NCBI GenBank assembly: GCA_052327205.1 | Contig: CM126219.1 | Coordinates: 67,890,001 to 67,954,000, forward strand | Direction of reading: 5' to 3' | Length of the DNA stretch: 64,000 bases | From: Somniosus microcephalus | Lineage: Eukaryota | Shown here: one piece after another, positions 1-12,221 of the stretch | Layout of the letters: each line of letters begins with the position of its first letter | Numbering within the stretch: position 1 is the stretch's first letter | Program-made: the position numbers and the translations under genes | The notes under the pieces: model-generated | Told to the model about the DNA's origin: nothing | Database searches by the model: none | Seen by the model: only the letters and a program-made list of their open reading frames with translations

Positions 1-40
1 GAGGTCGTTCCTCAGGCTGGTAAACTACTACCATAAGTTC

Positions 41-1882
41 TTGCCAAATTTGTCTACAATACTACACCCACTGAACACCCTACTGCAAACTGGGGTGCCA
101 TGGAAGTGGAGTGACGAATGTAGACGAGCTTTCCAGAAGAGCAAAACACTAATCACATCGAAAGAGGTATTGGCCCATTACAACCCGGCATTACCAATTC
201 GGTTGGCATGTGATGCGTCACCCTACAGCATTGGAGCGGTGCTGTCGCACAAATTCTCGGACGGCTCAGAGAGGCCAATAGCCTTCGCGTCACGATCACT
301 AACCTCAGCCGAGCGTAACTACGCCCAGATTGACAGGGAGGCCCTCAGCCTAGTGTGGGGAGTGAAAAAGTTCAATCACTATCTGCACAGGCAGAAATTC
401 ACCTTGCTGACTGATCACCAGCCTCTTGTCTCCATTTTTAATCCGAAGAAGGGTGTTCCGGTGATGACTGCGCAACGACTACAAAGATGGTCACTTTTTC
501 TAGTGGCGCACCACTATGAGATTGAATATAAGGGCACGAAACAGCATGGAAATGCTGATGGGCTATCACGCCTGCCACTGCCTACTGCGGAGGAAGCACT
601 CGAAATATTCCATTCGACTATAGTTGAATACCTACCGGTAACTAACGCTTGTATCGAAAAGGAAACCCGAAATGACCCGACACTGTCTCGGGTATATGAT
701 TTGACGGTGAAGGGATGGCCAGCACATGGCGACTCACTGTTGCCAGCATTCTCGACAAGGAGAGAACAGCTGTCAGTGTGCCGGGGGACCTTGATGTGTG
801 GATCCCGAGTGGTAATTCCACCCAAGTTAAGGGATAGAGTGCTCAATGAGCTTCATGAGGGTCATCTGGGAGGGGTAAAAATGAAAAGCCTAGCCAGGGC
901 TTGTGTGGTGGCCGGGAATCGATAAACAAATCGAGGACCTGACCAAGAGCTGCTCAGGATGCCAGAAAGTCCAAAATGCACCACAACAGGCCCCTCTACA
1001 CCCATGGGAGTGGCCCTCATCTCCATTGCAATGTTTTTAATAGCCGTGGATGCGCACTCGAAATGGCCTGAGGTCATCAAAATGTCCTCCACCACCACGG
1101 AGAAAACTATTGCAGTCCTATGGACCATTTTTGCCAGGAACGGCTTGCCGGAACAGATTTGCTCCGACAACGGACCACAGTTTGTGTCCAAAGAGTTCCG
1201 GAGGTTCTTGAAAAAGAATGGGGTAAGGCATTACACATCCGCCCCGTATCATCCAGCCACAAATGGATTGGCTGAGAGGTTCGTACAAACCTTTAAGAAG
1301 GCAATAAAGGCTATGTACAATGACAACATTCCGCTGAAGCACAAAGTGGACAATTTCCTGTTCGCCTACCGGAATGCGACACATGCAGTCACCAACCAGG
1401 CCCCAGCCATGATGTTCTTTAACCGAAGGTTAAGATCTCACCTGGATTTGCTCAGACCAAACGTACGAAGAGATGTTGAGAGTAAGCAATTCCAGCACAT
1501 CCATGAGAAGCCAACAAGGAGCTTCAATGTAGGGCAACCAGTCTTGGCCCGCGACTACCGAACAGAAAAATGGCAGCCAGGAACGATATGCACACGGCAG
1601 GGCCCACTAATGTACACAGTGGACGTTGGGGAGAGCATCGTGAGACGCTATGCTGACCAGATCCTAGAGTCACAGGAACAAGTCAACCCCATGCCTCGCC
1701 CATATGTACCTGGTGATGAACCCGACGTACAGGTCGCATCTACCCCAGAAACAGTAGCATCGGAAGCTGATGAACCAACCGACGACAGGGGGCCAGAATC
1801 ACCTCCGCACCAAGAGCAAGACACTCGGGAAAGGCGCTATCCAGAAAGGATCAGGAAGCCTCCCCAAAGACTGAATATATAA
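41..1882 (+). pseudogene. Disrupted pol (RNase H-integrase) of Gypsy copy 1
   Basis: Split over two frames. Relative to the sister copy (4240-4290, minus), a ~40-bp deletion near 1027 removes the RVHIDFAGPF segment containing the first integrase Asp. Confidence 0.85.
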
Positions 1883-1971
1883 ATAGACTATTTTCAGCTA
1901 ATGTTGCATGTTAAAAGTGTTAATTGTAATTAGTTTGATATTTAATTGTTAAATGAGTGTTATGGTACTGT

Positions 1972-2378
1972 TGTAGCGGTTCGAGTGGATCGCCACTAAA
2001 TAAGAGAGTTTGACTTCGACGAACTGTTAACAAGTTGTTTATTTACAGGAACAGGTTAAATACAACAGGTAAGGTAGCAGGTAAGATGGCTGACTGTAGG
2101 AGCACTGTGGTGTAGGTCTTGTCCCAGCGGGGACTCCACGAGGACTAACTAGAAGTTTCCCAGCTCAACTGCCAGCAGGTTCCGAGCTCAACTGCCAGCA
2201 GGCTCCGAGCCCAACTGCCAGCAGGTTCTGAGCTCTACTGTTGGAAGGTTCCGAGCTCTGATGTCATGACGTCAGAGTACAGGAGAGAAGCCTGAGTATA
2301 GTAACAGACACATACAGTAAGGTAAGTTAAAGGGAATTATGTATCTCAATGTAAGGGACAACCGGTGGTACCGCCACA
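1972..2378 (-). mobile_element. Solo LTR of an unrelated family, nested in the 3' UTR of Gypsy copy 1
   Basis: Termini tgtagcgg...ccgccaca; 4-bp TSD ctgt at 1968-1971 and 2379-2382; absent from the sister copy (3300-3395); AATAAA on the minus strand near 2040; internal 23-bp tandem repeat ~2162-2258. Confidence 0.85.
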
Positions 2379-2402
2379 CTGTTTATCTAAAAGGGGAGGA
2401 AT

Positions 2403-2594
2403 TGTAATGTATATACCTTTAAGGGGGGGAACTATGTTTTACAGCTCATGTATACTGCAGTACCAGCAGTGACCACACCTGTATATAACACCGAGTAGTA
2501 ATCTGTACAGTTCAGTTACAGTGTGAGCCACGTTGAGTAAAGACCTGTTGTACCGTTCTCCGCAGTCTGTGTCTGATTATACACGGACACAACA
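2403..2594 (+). repeat. 3' LTR of Gypsy copy 1
   Basis: TG...CA ends, follows the PPT, homologous to LTRs 3074-3285 and 7995-8210; TATA-like gtatataa. Confidence 0.9.
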
Positions 2595-3073
2595 CTTTTC
2601 CCTCAAGTAACAAAAAAGTTATTCTCTCCTACTCTCAGTCCTCACTGTTGCACACCTCTCCCTGATCAATAGTAGGCAGGCCATCTATTCTCAGGCATCT
2701 GACAGTTCCATATTTGAGACACCTACTATATGATCTCCCAGACAGCCTTGTTTCATCCTCCACCATTCAAATTTCCCTTTGAAAAGCTCCTCGTTTCCAT
2801 CCGGTGCCTTCCCTGCAATCAGGAGTCACTGTGTCCGAAATCCTGATCAAGAACCATTGCCGTACTATTCTGTGACACAGCGATAATGTACATAAAAGTG
2901 TCCTACTATCTGCACTGAGTGTTTTGTTTTCTAGGTTTTACAACTTCAACCTCATCTCATTGTGAAATTTTGTTATTAAAATTGGACAGTCAGAAGCACA
3001 CAGGCCGTAATGGAAATAATTAGATTGAGGGGGGCTAGATATACAGATCCGGGTAAAGTTTCTGCTTTGGGCG

Positions 3074-6000
3074 TGTTAGATCCATGTATCTTGATGTTGT
3101 GTCCTTCAATAATTAGACAAGACTGCAGGGAACGATTCAACAGGTGTTTACTGAATGAGGGTTACTCTAGAACTAACTTTACAGATCACTACTCAGGGTT
3201 TATATACAGGTGTGGTCACTGCCGGTACTACAGTATACAGGAGCTGTAAAAAGTAGTTCTCCCCTTAAAAGGTACATACATTACAATTCCTCCCCTTTTA
3301 GATTAACAGTACCATAACACTCATTTAACAATTAAATATCAAACTAATTACAATTAACACTTTTAACATGCAACATTAACTGAAAATAGTCTATTTATAA
3401 ATTCAGTCTTTGGGGAGGTTTCCTGATTCTTTCTGGATAACGCCTTTCCCGAGTGTCTCGCTCTTGGTGTGGAGGCGATTCTAACACGCTGTCATCAGTT
3501 GATTCATCAGCTTCCAATGCTATTGTTTCTGAGGTAGATGCGACCTGTATGTCGGGTTCCTCACCAGGTACGTATGGGCGAGACATGGGGTTCACTTGTT
3601 CCTGCGACTCTAGGATCTGGTCAGCATGGCGTCTCACAATGTTCTCCCCAACATCCACTGTGTACATTAGTGGCCCCTGCCGTGTGCATATCGTTCCTGG
3701 TTGCCATTTCTCTGTTCGGTAGTCACGGGCCAAGACTGGTTGCCCTACATTGAAGCTCCTTGTCGGCTTCTCATTGATGTGCTGGAATTGCTTACTCTCA
3801 ACATCTCTTCGTACATTTGGTCTGAGGAAATCCAGACGAGATCTCAACCTTCGGTTAAAGAACATCATGGCCGGGGCCTGGTTGGTGACTGCATGTGTCG
3901 CATTCCGGTAGGCGAACAGGAAATTGTCCACCTTGTGCTGCAACAGAATGTTGTCATTGTACATAGCCTTTATTGCCTTCTTAAAGGTTCGTACGAACCG
4001 CTCAGCCAATCCATTTGTGGCTGGATGATACGGGGCGGATGTGTAATGCCTTACCCCATTCCTTTTCATAAATCTTCGAAACCCTTAGTACACAAACTGT
4101 GGTCCGTTATCAGAGCAAATCTGCTCTGGCAAGCCGTTCCTGGCAAAAATGGTCCGTAGGACTGCAATAGTTTTCTCCGTGGTGGTGGAGGACACTTTGA
4201 TCACCTCAGGCCATTTCAGTGCGCATCCACAGCTATTAAAAACATTGAGTCCATGAATGGACCAGCAAAATCAATATGCACCCGTTGCCATGGAGATGAG
4301 GGCCACTCCCATGGGTGTAGAGGGGCATGTGGTGGTGCATTTTGGACCTTCTGGCATCCTGAGCAGCTCTTTGTCAGGTCCTCGATTTGCTGATCGATCC
4401 CCGGCCATCACACATAAGCCCTAGCAAGGCTTTTCATTTTCACCCCTCCCAGATGACCTTCGTGAAGCTCATTGAGCACTCTCTCCCTTAACTTGGGTAG
4501 AATTACCACTCGGGATCCACACATCAAGGTCCCCTGGCATACTGACAGCTGTTCTCTTCTGGATGAGAATGCTGGCAACAGTGAGTCGCCATGTGCTGGC
4601 CGTCCCTTCACCGTCAAATCATATACCCGAGACAGTGTTGGGTCATTTCGGGTCTCTTTCTCTATACCAGCGTTAGTTACTGGCAAGCATTCAATTATAG
4701 TCGAATGAAATATTTCGACAGGATCCACTGCTGGTGCTTCCTCCGCAGTAGGCAGTGGCAGGCGTGATAGCCCATCAGCGTTTCCATGCTGTTTCGTGCC
4801 CTTATACTCGATTTCATATTGGTGCGCCCCTAGAAAAAGGGACCATCTTTGTAGCCGTTGCGCAGTCATCACCGGAACGCCCTTCTTTGGATTAAAGATG
4901 GAGACAAGTGGTTGGTGGTCAGTCAACAAGGTGAACTTCTGCCCGTGCAGATAGTGATTGAACTTTTTCACTCCCCACACTAGGCTGAGGGCCTCCCTGT
5001 CAATCTGGGCGTAGTTACGCTCGGCTGAGGTTAGTGACCGAGACGCAAAGGCTACTGGCCTCTCCGAGCCGTCCGGGAATTTGTGCGACAGCACCGCTCC
5101 AATGCCATAGGGTGATGCATCACACGCCAACCGAATTGGTAGTGCTGGGTTGAAATGAGCCAACACCTCTTTTGATGTGATCAATGCTTTGCTCTTCTGG
5201 AAAGCTCGTTTACATTCATCACTCCACTTCCATGGTACCCTCGTTTGCAGTAGGGTGTTCAGTGGGTGTTGTACAGTAGACAAATTAGGTAAGAACTTAT
5301 GGTAGTAGTTCACCAGCCCGAGGAACGACCTCAGTTGTGACACATTTTCCGGTGCTAGAGCCTTGACTACTGCCTCAATCTTTTCAGGGGACTTATGTAA
5401 CCCCTCTTCATCAATAACGTGGCCACAATATGAGATCTGCTTCTGGAAAAACTCGCATTTGTGGCGATTAGCTCGGAGCCCATATTCCTTCAATCTAGTG
5501 AGCACCTGCTCCAGGTTGGCGAGGTGATCACTGTAATTTTTGCCCGTGACCAGGATGTCGTCCAAATAACACTGGGTCCCTGGAATCCCTTGCAGGACTT
5601 GTTCCATTGCCCTTTGCCAACTAGCCGGAGCTGATGCTACCCCGAACACCAGCCCGTTGTATTGGCAGAGACCTTTATGAGTGTTGATCGTGAGGTACTG
5701 TTTCGAGGCTTCTTCTACCTCCATTTGCAGGTACGCCTGGACCAGATCAATCTTAGTGAAGCGTTTCCCTCCAGATAGCGAGGCGAAAATATCTTCAATC
5801 CGCGGAAGCGGATATTGTACAGTGTGAAGGACTGGGTTCACTGTCACCTTAAAGTCCCCAAAGATGCGAACCTTCTTTGGTTCCCCAGGCGTATTACTCA
5901 ACAACCTCTTCATTACAGGAATGATAGGTGTAGCCCACTCGCTCCAGTCCACTTTGGACAGTACTCCTGAATGTTCCAAACGTTCCAGCTCTGCTTCGAC

Positions 6001-8210
6001 GGCTGGGCGGATTGCATAAGGTACCGGTCTGGCCTTAAAAAACTTTGGGCTTGCATTTTCCTCTATTTTGATCGTCGCTGTTATGCCTTTTAGTGTTCGA
6101 GTCCCTGCTGGAACACTTCTTGTGCATCAGTTAGCATTTTTTGACAGTCGTCCAGGTGTGACGTCATCATCCTTTTTGGCATCTACAGTCAGTGCTTGCA
6201 TGGAATGGCAATCTAGCTGTATCTTCCGGATCCATTCATGTCCTAGTAGTGGTGGTCCTCCATCTGGCAATACATATAGGTCCATTTTTGGTGTTTCCTT
6301 GCCGTTATATATAACGTTCACCCTTATTTTTCCTTTGGGGTAGACTTTTTGCCCTGTGTACGTCTTCAAGACAATCTTTGTATCTCTCAAGGGTATATGT
6401 GAGAATAGCCACTTGTAGTCCCTTCGGTTTATGACTGTTAGGGCTGATCCTGTGTCCAATTCCATTTTCACTTGGACTCCTGCTATCTTGAGCGTGACCC
6501 AGATAGTTTGGTGATCCTCCGTTTTGATCACATTATGTAGTTTCAGACAACCCAGCTCCTTGCTTCCGGAGTCTGTATCACTCTTCTGTTCGTCTGAACT
6601 ACTCTCCGTCACCTTATGTACCTTTTTGTACTTCTCCTATGGAGATTTCTTGCTGCTGGTTTTCTTTCCTGACCTGCAGACTCTTGCTATGTGTCCTACT
6701 TTTCCACACTGTCTGCACACTTTGTCCTTGAACCAGCAATCATTATGGTCGTGTGTTGTTCTGCCGCAGCGATAGCACTTCACTGTTCCGTATGACATTT
6801 CATTTGTGCCATATTCTTGCGGTCTCCGTTGTATCTCTGCCGCGCCCCGTGCTGCTGCTTCGTGTGATACTGCAATGCTGAAAGCCTTGTCCAGCGGAAG
6901 ATCCTTTTCTGATAGGAACCCAGAAACGGCTTCTTCACTTTGAAGCCCACACACAAACTTGTCCCTTAAAGTATCTGCTCGTCCCGTTCCAAACTGGCAG
7001 TGTTTCGATAGCTTGCGCAGTTCCGTTAAATACTCAGCATTACTTTCATCTTTATGCTGGTTCCTTTTGTGAAACTTAAATCTTTCTATCAGCAGCGGTG
7101 TGGGGTTTAAGTGGTCCTGTAGGATTGACACTATGTTTTCAAAATCCTTTTCTACTGGCTTCTCTGGGGTTACTAGATTTCGTAGTAAGCCATACGTTTT
7201 TGCACCCATTGAATTCAACAATACCAGCGCTTTCTTGTCATCTGGCACTTCATTCGCCTTGCAGTATACTTCTATGCGTTCGACATATGTCGTCCAATCT
7301 TCGACTTCATTGTCGAACGCTGTGATACTGCCACTCTTCGGCATTTTTGGGTGTGGTTAGACTGGCGTCTCCCGCGCTTTCCTTTCTTCCCCGCTGCGGC
7401 TTATAATGGCGTCTCCCGCGCTGCTGCCAACGCCGCTCTCGGCGGTCCTCGTGGCAAATGGCGACACCCTGTGGGTTTCATGTGCTGCTCCTGCACTGCT
7501 GCCAATGCCGCTTTCTGCGGTCCTCGTGGCAATGGCAGCGCCTCGCATTTTCCTGCGCGCCTCTCTCCCCCATTAACGCTTCTCGGCCCTTGAACACCGG
7601 CTGCGCTCTGCTCTCTCTCGCCTCTCTCCCCCGTTGACGCCGCTCGGTCCTGAACACCGGCTGCGCCCTGTGCACTCTACCCTCTCTCTCTCTCCCCCGT
7701 CAATGCTGCTCGGCCTTTTTCTGTGCCGACCGGTCGGCTCTAGCCGCCGCTGTCCGGGAAGGGTCTGCGCAGTACCTGTTGCCAGCCTGTTGTGCTGGAC
7801 CACCGTGGCTGCAAAGCCAAGCCTGGCTCTTGACAGCCTCCCCTGCGATGCTCAAATCTCTGCTGGATGACTGGGGGGCTGCCCGTGGTTGACGCCCGTG
7901 CTTCTGGACTCGGCCTTCTTCCACTGTTCTCCAGGAGCGAATCCCGGGGAGGTGATGCAGAGTTGCAGGTAGGTTCGAATCTGCTCGTCGCCAATGTTAG
8001 ATCCGTGTATCTTGATGTTGTGTCCTTCAATAATTAGACAACAAGACTGCAGGGAACGATTCAACAGGTGTTTACTGAATGAGGGTTACTCTAGAACTAA
8101 CTATACAGATCACTACTCAGGGTTTATATACAGGTGTGGTCACTGCCGGTACTACAGTATGCATGAGCTGTAAAAAGTAGTTCTCCCCTTAAAAAGGTAC
8201 ATACATTACA
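3074..8210 (-). mobile_element. Full-length Gypsy LTR retrotransposon (copy 2; two CCHC knuckles, Mag-like)
   Basis: 5' LTR 7995-8210 and 3' LTR 3074-3285 differ at only a few positions; 5-bp TSD gggcg at 3069-3073 and 8211-8215; PBS tggcgacgag beside the 5' LTR; PPT 3286-3299. Confidence 0.97.
3395..7344 (-). pseudogene. Frameshifted gag-pro-pol of Gypsy copy 2
   Basis: gag 6637-7344 (CYRCGRTTHDHNDC, CRQCGKVGHIARVC); protease 6127-6612 (LDTGS); RT/RNase H 4408-5979 (YLDD, CDAS); integrase 3395-4400, broken by stops and frameshifts. Confidence 0.92.
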
Positions 8211-9089
8211 GGGCGCAATCGGTAATCCGGGAGCAAATTGCCCTCGAAATTGTGCCAGTTTTCTGAGGTCAGGCTGTGGTTCAAGTTTCTGCTCAAACTC
8301 ATTTGCATTACCACAAACAGGAAATCCTCCATGAACCAGTGCAATCGGGCAGCGTTTTAGAACATTATCGTTTATTGTTTTCCCCTTCCATTAAAAAAAA
8401 TCCTTGATATATTTAAAGAGTGGTAACCTGGTGCAGTTTGATTAATATGGCTGAAAATGGATGATCACAAAAAATAAGCATTTTTAATCAGTGTCTAGTC
8501 CACCACCTGTTTTTAGCCCGATTTTAAATAACTGAAAATGGATTTTACAAAAACTATACGGAACCATTTACTAGTTACATTGGCATTTACTGGTCAGGTT
8601 CTTAGTAAATTAATTTTTTAAAATATTTAAAAGCTTTTAAAAGGTGATTAGTGCCCTCGTGCGTTAAAAAACCAGCTAAATTTAAGAGCCTCCTCGAAGG
8701 CCCGCAAACGGGTGCAATTAGCGGAAACTCGCCATGGTGATTAATTCGATCTAGGGGCGTGGCCAGTTTTGTGGGTGGGGCAGCTATCTTGCCTTTTCTC
8801 TTTATTGGTGCTGACTGACCTGCTATGTATTTCCAGCATTTCATTTTCTGTTTTTAAATTTAGTGCATTATTTTTATCTGGACATCACAGTGAGGCTTGC
8901 AGCTGTTATTGAATTAATGGCCACCACCGAACATTTGTCAACAGCCAAGTGGATTAGAGGATCAGAAAGTATCCAGAGAGAGAAAGGCTGCAGCACTTTA
9001 GTCAGCAGGACGCGGTTTGTATTCATGTAGCGGGAACAGGAAAATGCTCAGTTCCCCTTTCAACTCAGTGCCTGCTGCCACTGTAATTA

Positions 9090-9421
9090 GTCTTTTGGAT
9101 GAGACGTTAAACCGAGGCCCCGTCTGCTCTCTCAAGTGGACGTAAAAGATCCCATGGCACTATTTCGAAGAGGAGCAGGGGAGTTATCCCCGGTGTCCTG
9201 GCCAATATTTATCCCCCAACCAACTTCACCAAAAACAGATTATCTGGTCATGATCACATTGCTGTTTGTGGGAACTTGCTGTGCGCCAATTGGCTGCCGC
9301 GTTTCCTACATTACAACAGTGATTACACTTCAAAAGTACTTCAGTGGCTGTAAAGCGCTTTGAGACGTCCAGTGGTCATGAAAGGCGCTATAGAAATGCA
9401 AGTCTTTCTTTTTTCTTTCTT
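9090..9421 (+). mobile_element. 5'-truncated Deu-domain SINE (SacSINE1/AmnSINE-like)
   Basis: Deu-core-like gagacgttaaaccgagg...aaagatcccatggcact...ccggtgtcctggccaa; LINE-type tail aaaggcgctatagaaatgcaagtc followed by (tttc)n. Confidence 0.75.
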
Positions 9422-9920
9422 TAATCTGCTAGTCAGACGCATGGAATTAGGACTGATCCCGAGTACACAGCTTTCCAACAAATCCTGGTCACTAAAATCA
9501 CTAGTCCAGCTTAAACTTTAATTGCGAGGCAAGAATCTCCTCGCTTTGCCTATTTTAGTTTGAATACTTGAGAAAAGGAATACCTGCTTTTAAGTCGGAA
9601 GCTAGCCAGACTCTGATTTGACGGCCAAATCAGAATTAGCCTAGTTTCTACCAGATTTGCAAGTGATGTAAAACCTGACACATTTTAATACTGCGGATGC
9701 TGGAAGTCTGAAAGAAAAACAGAAAACGCTGCAAACACTTAGCGGGTCAAGTAGCATCTGTGGAGCGAGAAACAGAGTTAACATGTCAGGTCAATAACCT
9801 ATCAGAACTTGATGATTCAATAGTTTATAAGAAAGTACAGAGCCAGAGAAAATTTGGGGTGGGGGGGGGGGGGGGGGAGAAGAACAAAGGGAAAGGTCTG
9901 TGGTAGGGTGGAGCAGGAGT

Positions 9921-11892
9921 AGTTGTCTTCTTTCGTATGGTAGTAGCAAAGCATAACAAATGCCAATATCCAAGTCAGATATCCAGGCCAAAGCTTCCGG
10001 TGTAACAGCGAGGATATATTGTAGCCTGTGAATTTCCTCTGAGGGCAGAGCTCAATGATATGCTCCAGGGTCTGATCAGGAGCTCCACAGTCGCATGGTG
10101 GGGATGCTTTAATTTTCCATCTATGGAGAAGGTGGCAGCATCTACCATGATGGCATAGTGGTTAGCACTGTTGCCTCACAGCGCCAGGGACCCGGGTTCA
10201 AATCCGGCCTCGGGTGACTGTCTGTGTGGAGTTTGCACATTCTCCCCGTGTTTGCGTGGGTTTTCTCCAGGTGCTCCGGTTTCCTCCCACAGTCCAAAGA
10301 TGTGCGGGTTAGGTTGATTGGCCATGATAAAAAAATTGGCCCTTAGTGTTAGGGGGGATTAAATACGTGGGATTACGGGGATAGGGCTTGGGTGGGATGG
10401 CTGTCGGTGTAGGGACCGGGTGCTAGGGTTTGGATGATCAGCCATGATCTCGTTGAATGGCGGAGCAGGCTCGAAGGGCCGAATGGCCTACTCCTGCTCC
10501 TATCTTCTATGTTTCTATGACCGGTTCTGAAGTGGTTGAAGGTTGTCCACTGTTTGCGAGGAAGGTTTGATCTTTCAGTTTGTACTGTGGGGTCCTCTAT
10601 AAGGAATCCATTTCATATGTCGCAGTTCTTCCAAGCATTTTGCCATCGGTCATCAAGGCTGAGGGGAGATCTCTGAAGGGCTTCGGTCACAGTCCAAAAT
10701 GGCCTTCTATATTTGAGACGGGTTGGTGGTAAGTTGTTCAAGTCGGCCTGGATCGGCATGTCTTTGCTGGTGTAGCGGTTGTATTCTCTGGAGACTGCAT
10801 ATTCTCGGCGTAGGTGTGGTGGTGCGATGTTTGCAAGCACGGGCAGCCAAGGTGTTGGTGTCGATAAAAGCGTACCGGAGATAATTTTCATAGTAGAATT
10901 CAGCTGGACATCAACAGATTTGACATGCGGACTTGTTAGCCATGCCAGAGAGCAGTACTCCGCTGTAGAGTACACCAGAGCGAGTGCTGCCATACGGAGG
11001 GTTTGAGCATTTGCTCCCCATGTGGATCTGGTGAGTTTCTGGATCAAGTTGACCCTACTCTTTAGTTTCTTCCCAAGGTTCTGGAGATGTTGTCTATATG
11101 ACAGGGTGTGATCAAGCGTGAATCCTAAATCAGAGTTTTTGGCATGGTTTACCTCTGCGTCGCAAAAGGAGACTTTCAAAGCTTGGTTGGCTTGATGGGT
11201 GTTGAGGTGATGGTCTTTTGCGGGTTTGGCCGAAGTGGGCCTCCATCCTCTGTAAATCACTGGTAAGGGTCTCTTAGGTGATGGACAGATTCATGACATT
11301 GCCTTGGCCAAGGCAATGTCATGAGCGTATAAGAATTTGTGAGACTCTGTTTCGGGCTGGTCACTGGTGTAAACGTTGAACAACATGGGTGCCAGGACAG
11401 AACCCTGTGGGAGTCCGTTGTTCAATGTCCTATATCTGCTCTTCTGGGTGCCAGAGTACACATGGAAGCGTCGGTTGCTAAGCATGGAGTTGAGAAGATG
11501 GATCGTTGTTCTGCAGAGTAAAATAGTGGAGCGCTTGGAAAAGCAGTCCATGCTTCCGTACTGTGTCATATGCCACTGACAGGTCCACGAGTGCTACAGT
11601 GGTCTTGAGCTGGCGCTGGGAGCCTGCTTCGATGTGCGTTGTTAAAGCTACCACTTGTTCACTGCAGTTATGGCCGCTCTGGAAGCCTGCTTGCTCCTTA
11701 GGAATGGTTGGCTCGATGATGGGGGCTAGTCTGTGGAGTAGTCGCCTCTCCAGCACTTTGGCGGTAGCTGGAGGCTTCAAACATTCTTCCCCTGCTTCAG
11801 GAGGGCAATTATTTTACTTTCCCTCCAAATAGGTGGAATTTTACCAGTTGCCAGTACCTCAGAAGAAGGAAGTCAACCATCTCACTAGCAAA
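9921..11892 (-). mobile_element. 5'-truncated Vingi/Ingi-like LINE
   Basis: RT motifs QAGF, VDLSVAYDTV, GLPQGSVLAPMLFNVY; TWGANAQTLR, PTPWLPVLANIAPPHLRR; C-terminal CDCG-x7-H-x4-C; 3' end ccatacgaaagaag; 10-bp TSD gagcaggagt at 9911-9920 and 11893-11902. Confidence 0.85.
10151..10519 (+). mobile_element. HE1-type V-SINE (tRNA head, V-domain, CR1/HER1 tail) inside the Vingi element
   Basis: A box tggcatagtgg and B box ggttcaaatcc; V-domain tgtgtggagtttgcacattctccccgtg; CR1 tail gatcagccatgatc...ctatgtttctatg; interrupts the Vingi LRTGHGRCC codons. Confidence 0.9.
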
Positions 11893-12221
11893 GAGCAGGA
11901 GTGATGATGGTGCAAGGCAAAAGGGGATGGTAATGGGACAAGTAAAAGATGGGTCGAGAGGAGCTGTAAATGGCAACAGCAGAATCAGTACCAGCACCTG
12001 CTGTCTGGAAAAATGGGAGAAGTGGTTATGATTTAAAGTTGCTGAAAGATGAGGTGCTGTTCCTTAAGCTTCCGTTGAACAGTGTAGGAGGTTGAAGACA
12101 GAGAGGTCAGAGTGGAAGTGGGACAGAGAATTAAACTGTCAAGCAACTGGACGCTCGGTCACGTTTTCAGACTGAATGAAGCTGATAAGCAAAGCGAGCA
12201 CCCAATCTGCGTTTGTCTCCC

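Larger units (their letters stand above)
1..2594 (+). mobile_element. Gypsy/Ty3 LTR retrotransposon, 3' part (RNase H, integrase, PPT, 3' LTR); 5' part lies outside the window
   Basis: ORFs 41-925 (LACDAS, TDHQPL, NADGLSR) and 959-1882 (SDNGPQF, GLAERFV); PPT aaaaggggaggaat 2389-2402; LTR tgtaatg...cacaaca 2403-2594. Confidence 0.95.
3051..8733. mobile_element. Degenerate non-autonomous TIR element (probably Harbinger-type MITE) split by the Gypsy insertion
   Basis: Imperfect inverted ends gggtaaagtttctgct (3051) and agcggaaactcgcc (to 8733); sequence is continuous across the gggcg TSD. Confidence 0.45.

Noticed and set aside
7350-7950. Extra ORFs in the Gypsy leader
   Set aside because: Short GC-rich frames arising from local direct repeats, with no domain motifs
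10151-10225. tRNA gene (also 57650-57720)
   Set aside because: A and B boxes are followed by a V-domain and LINE tail, so these are SINE heads
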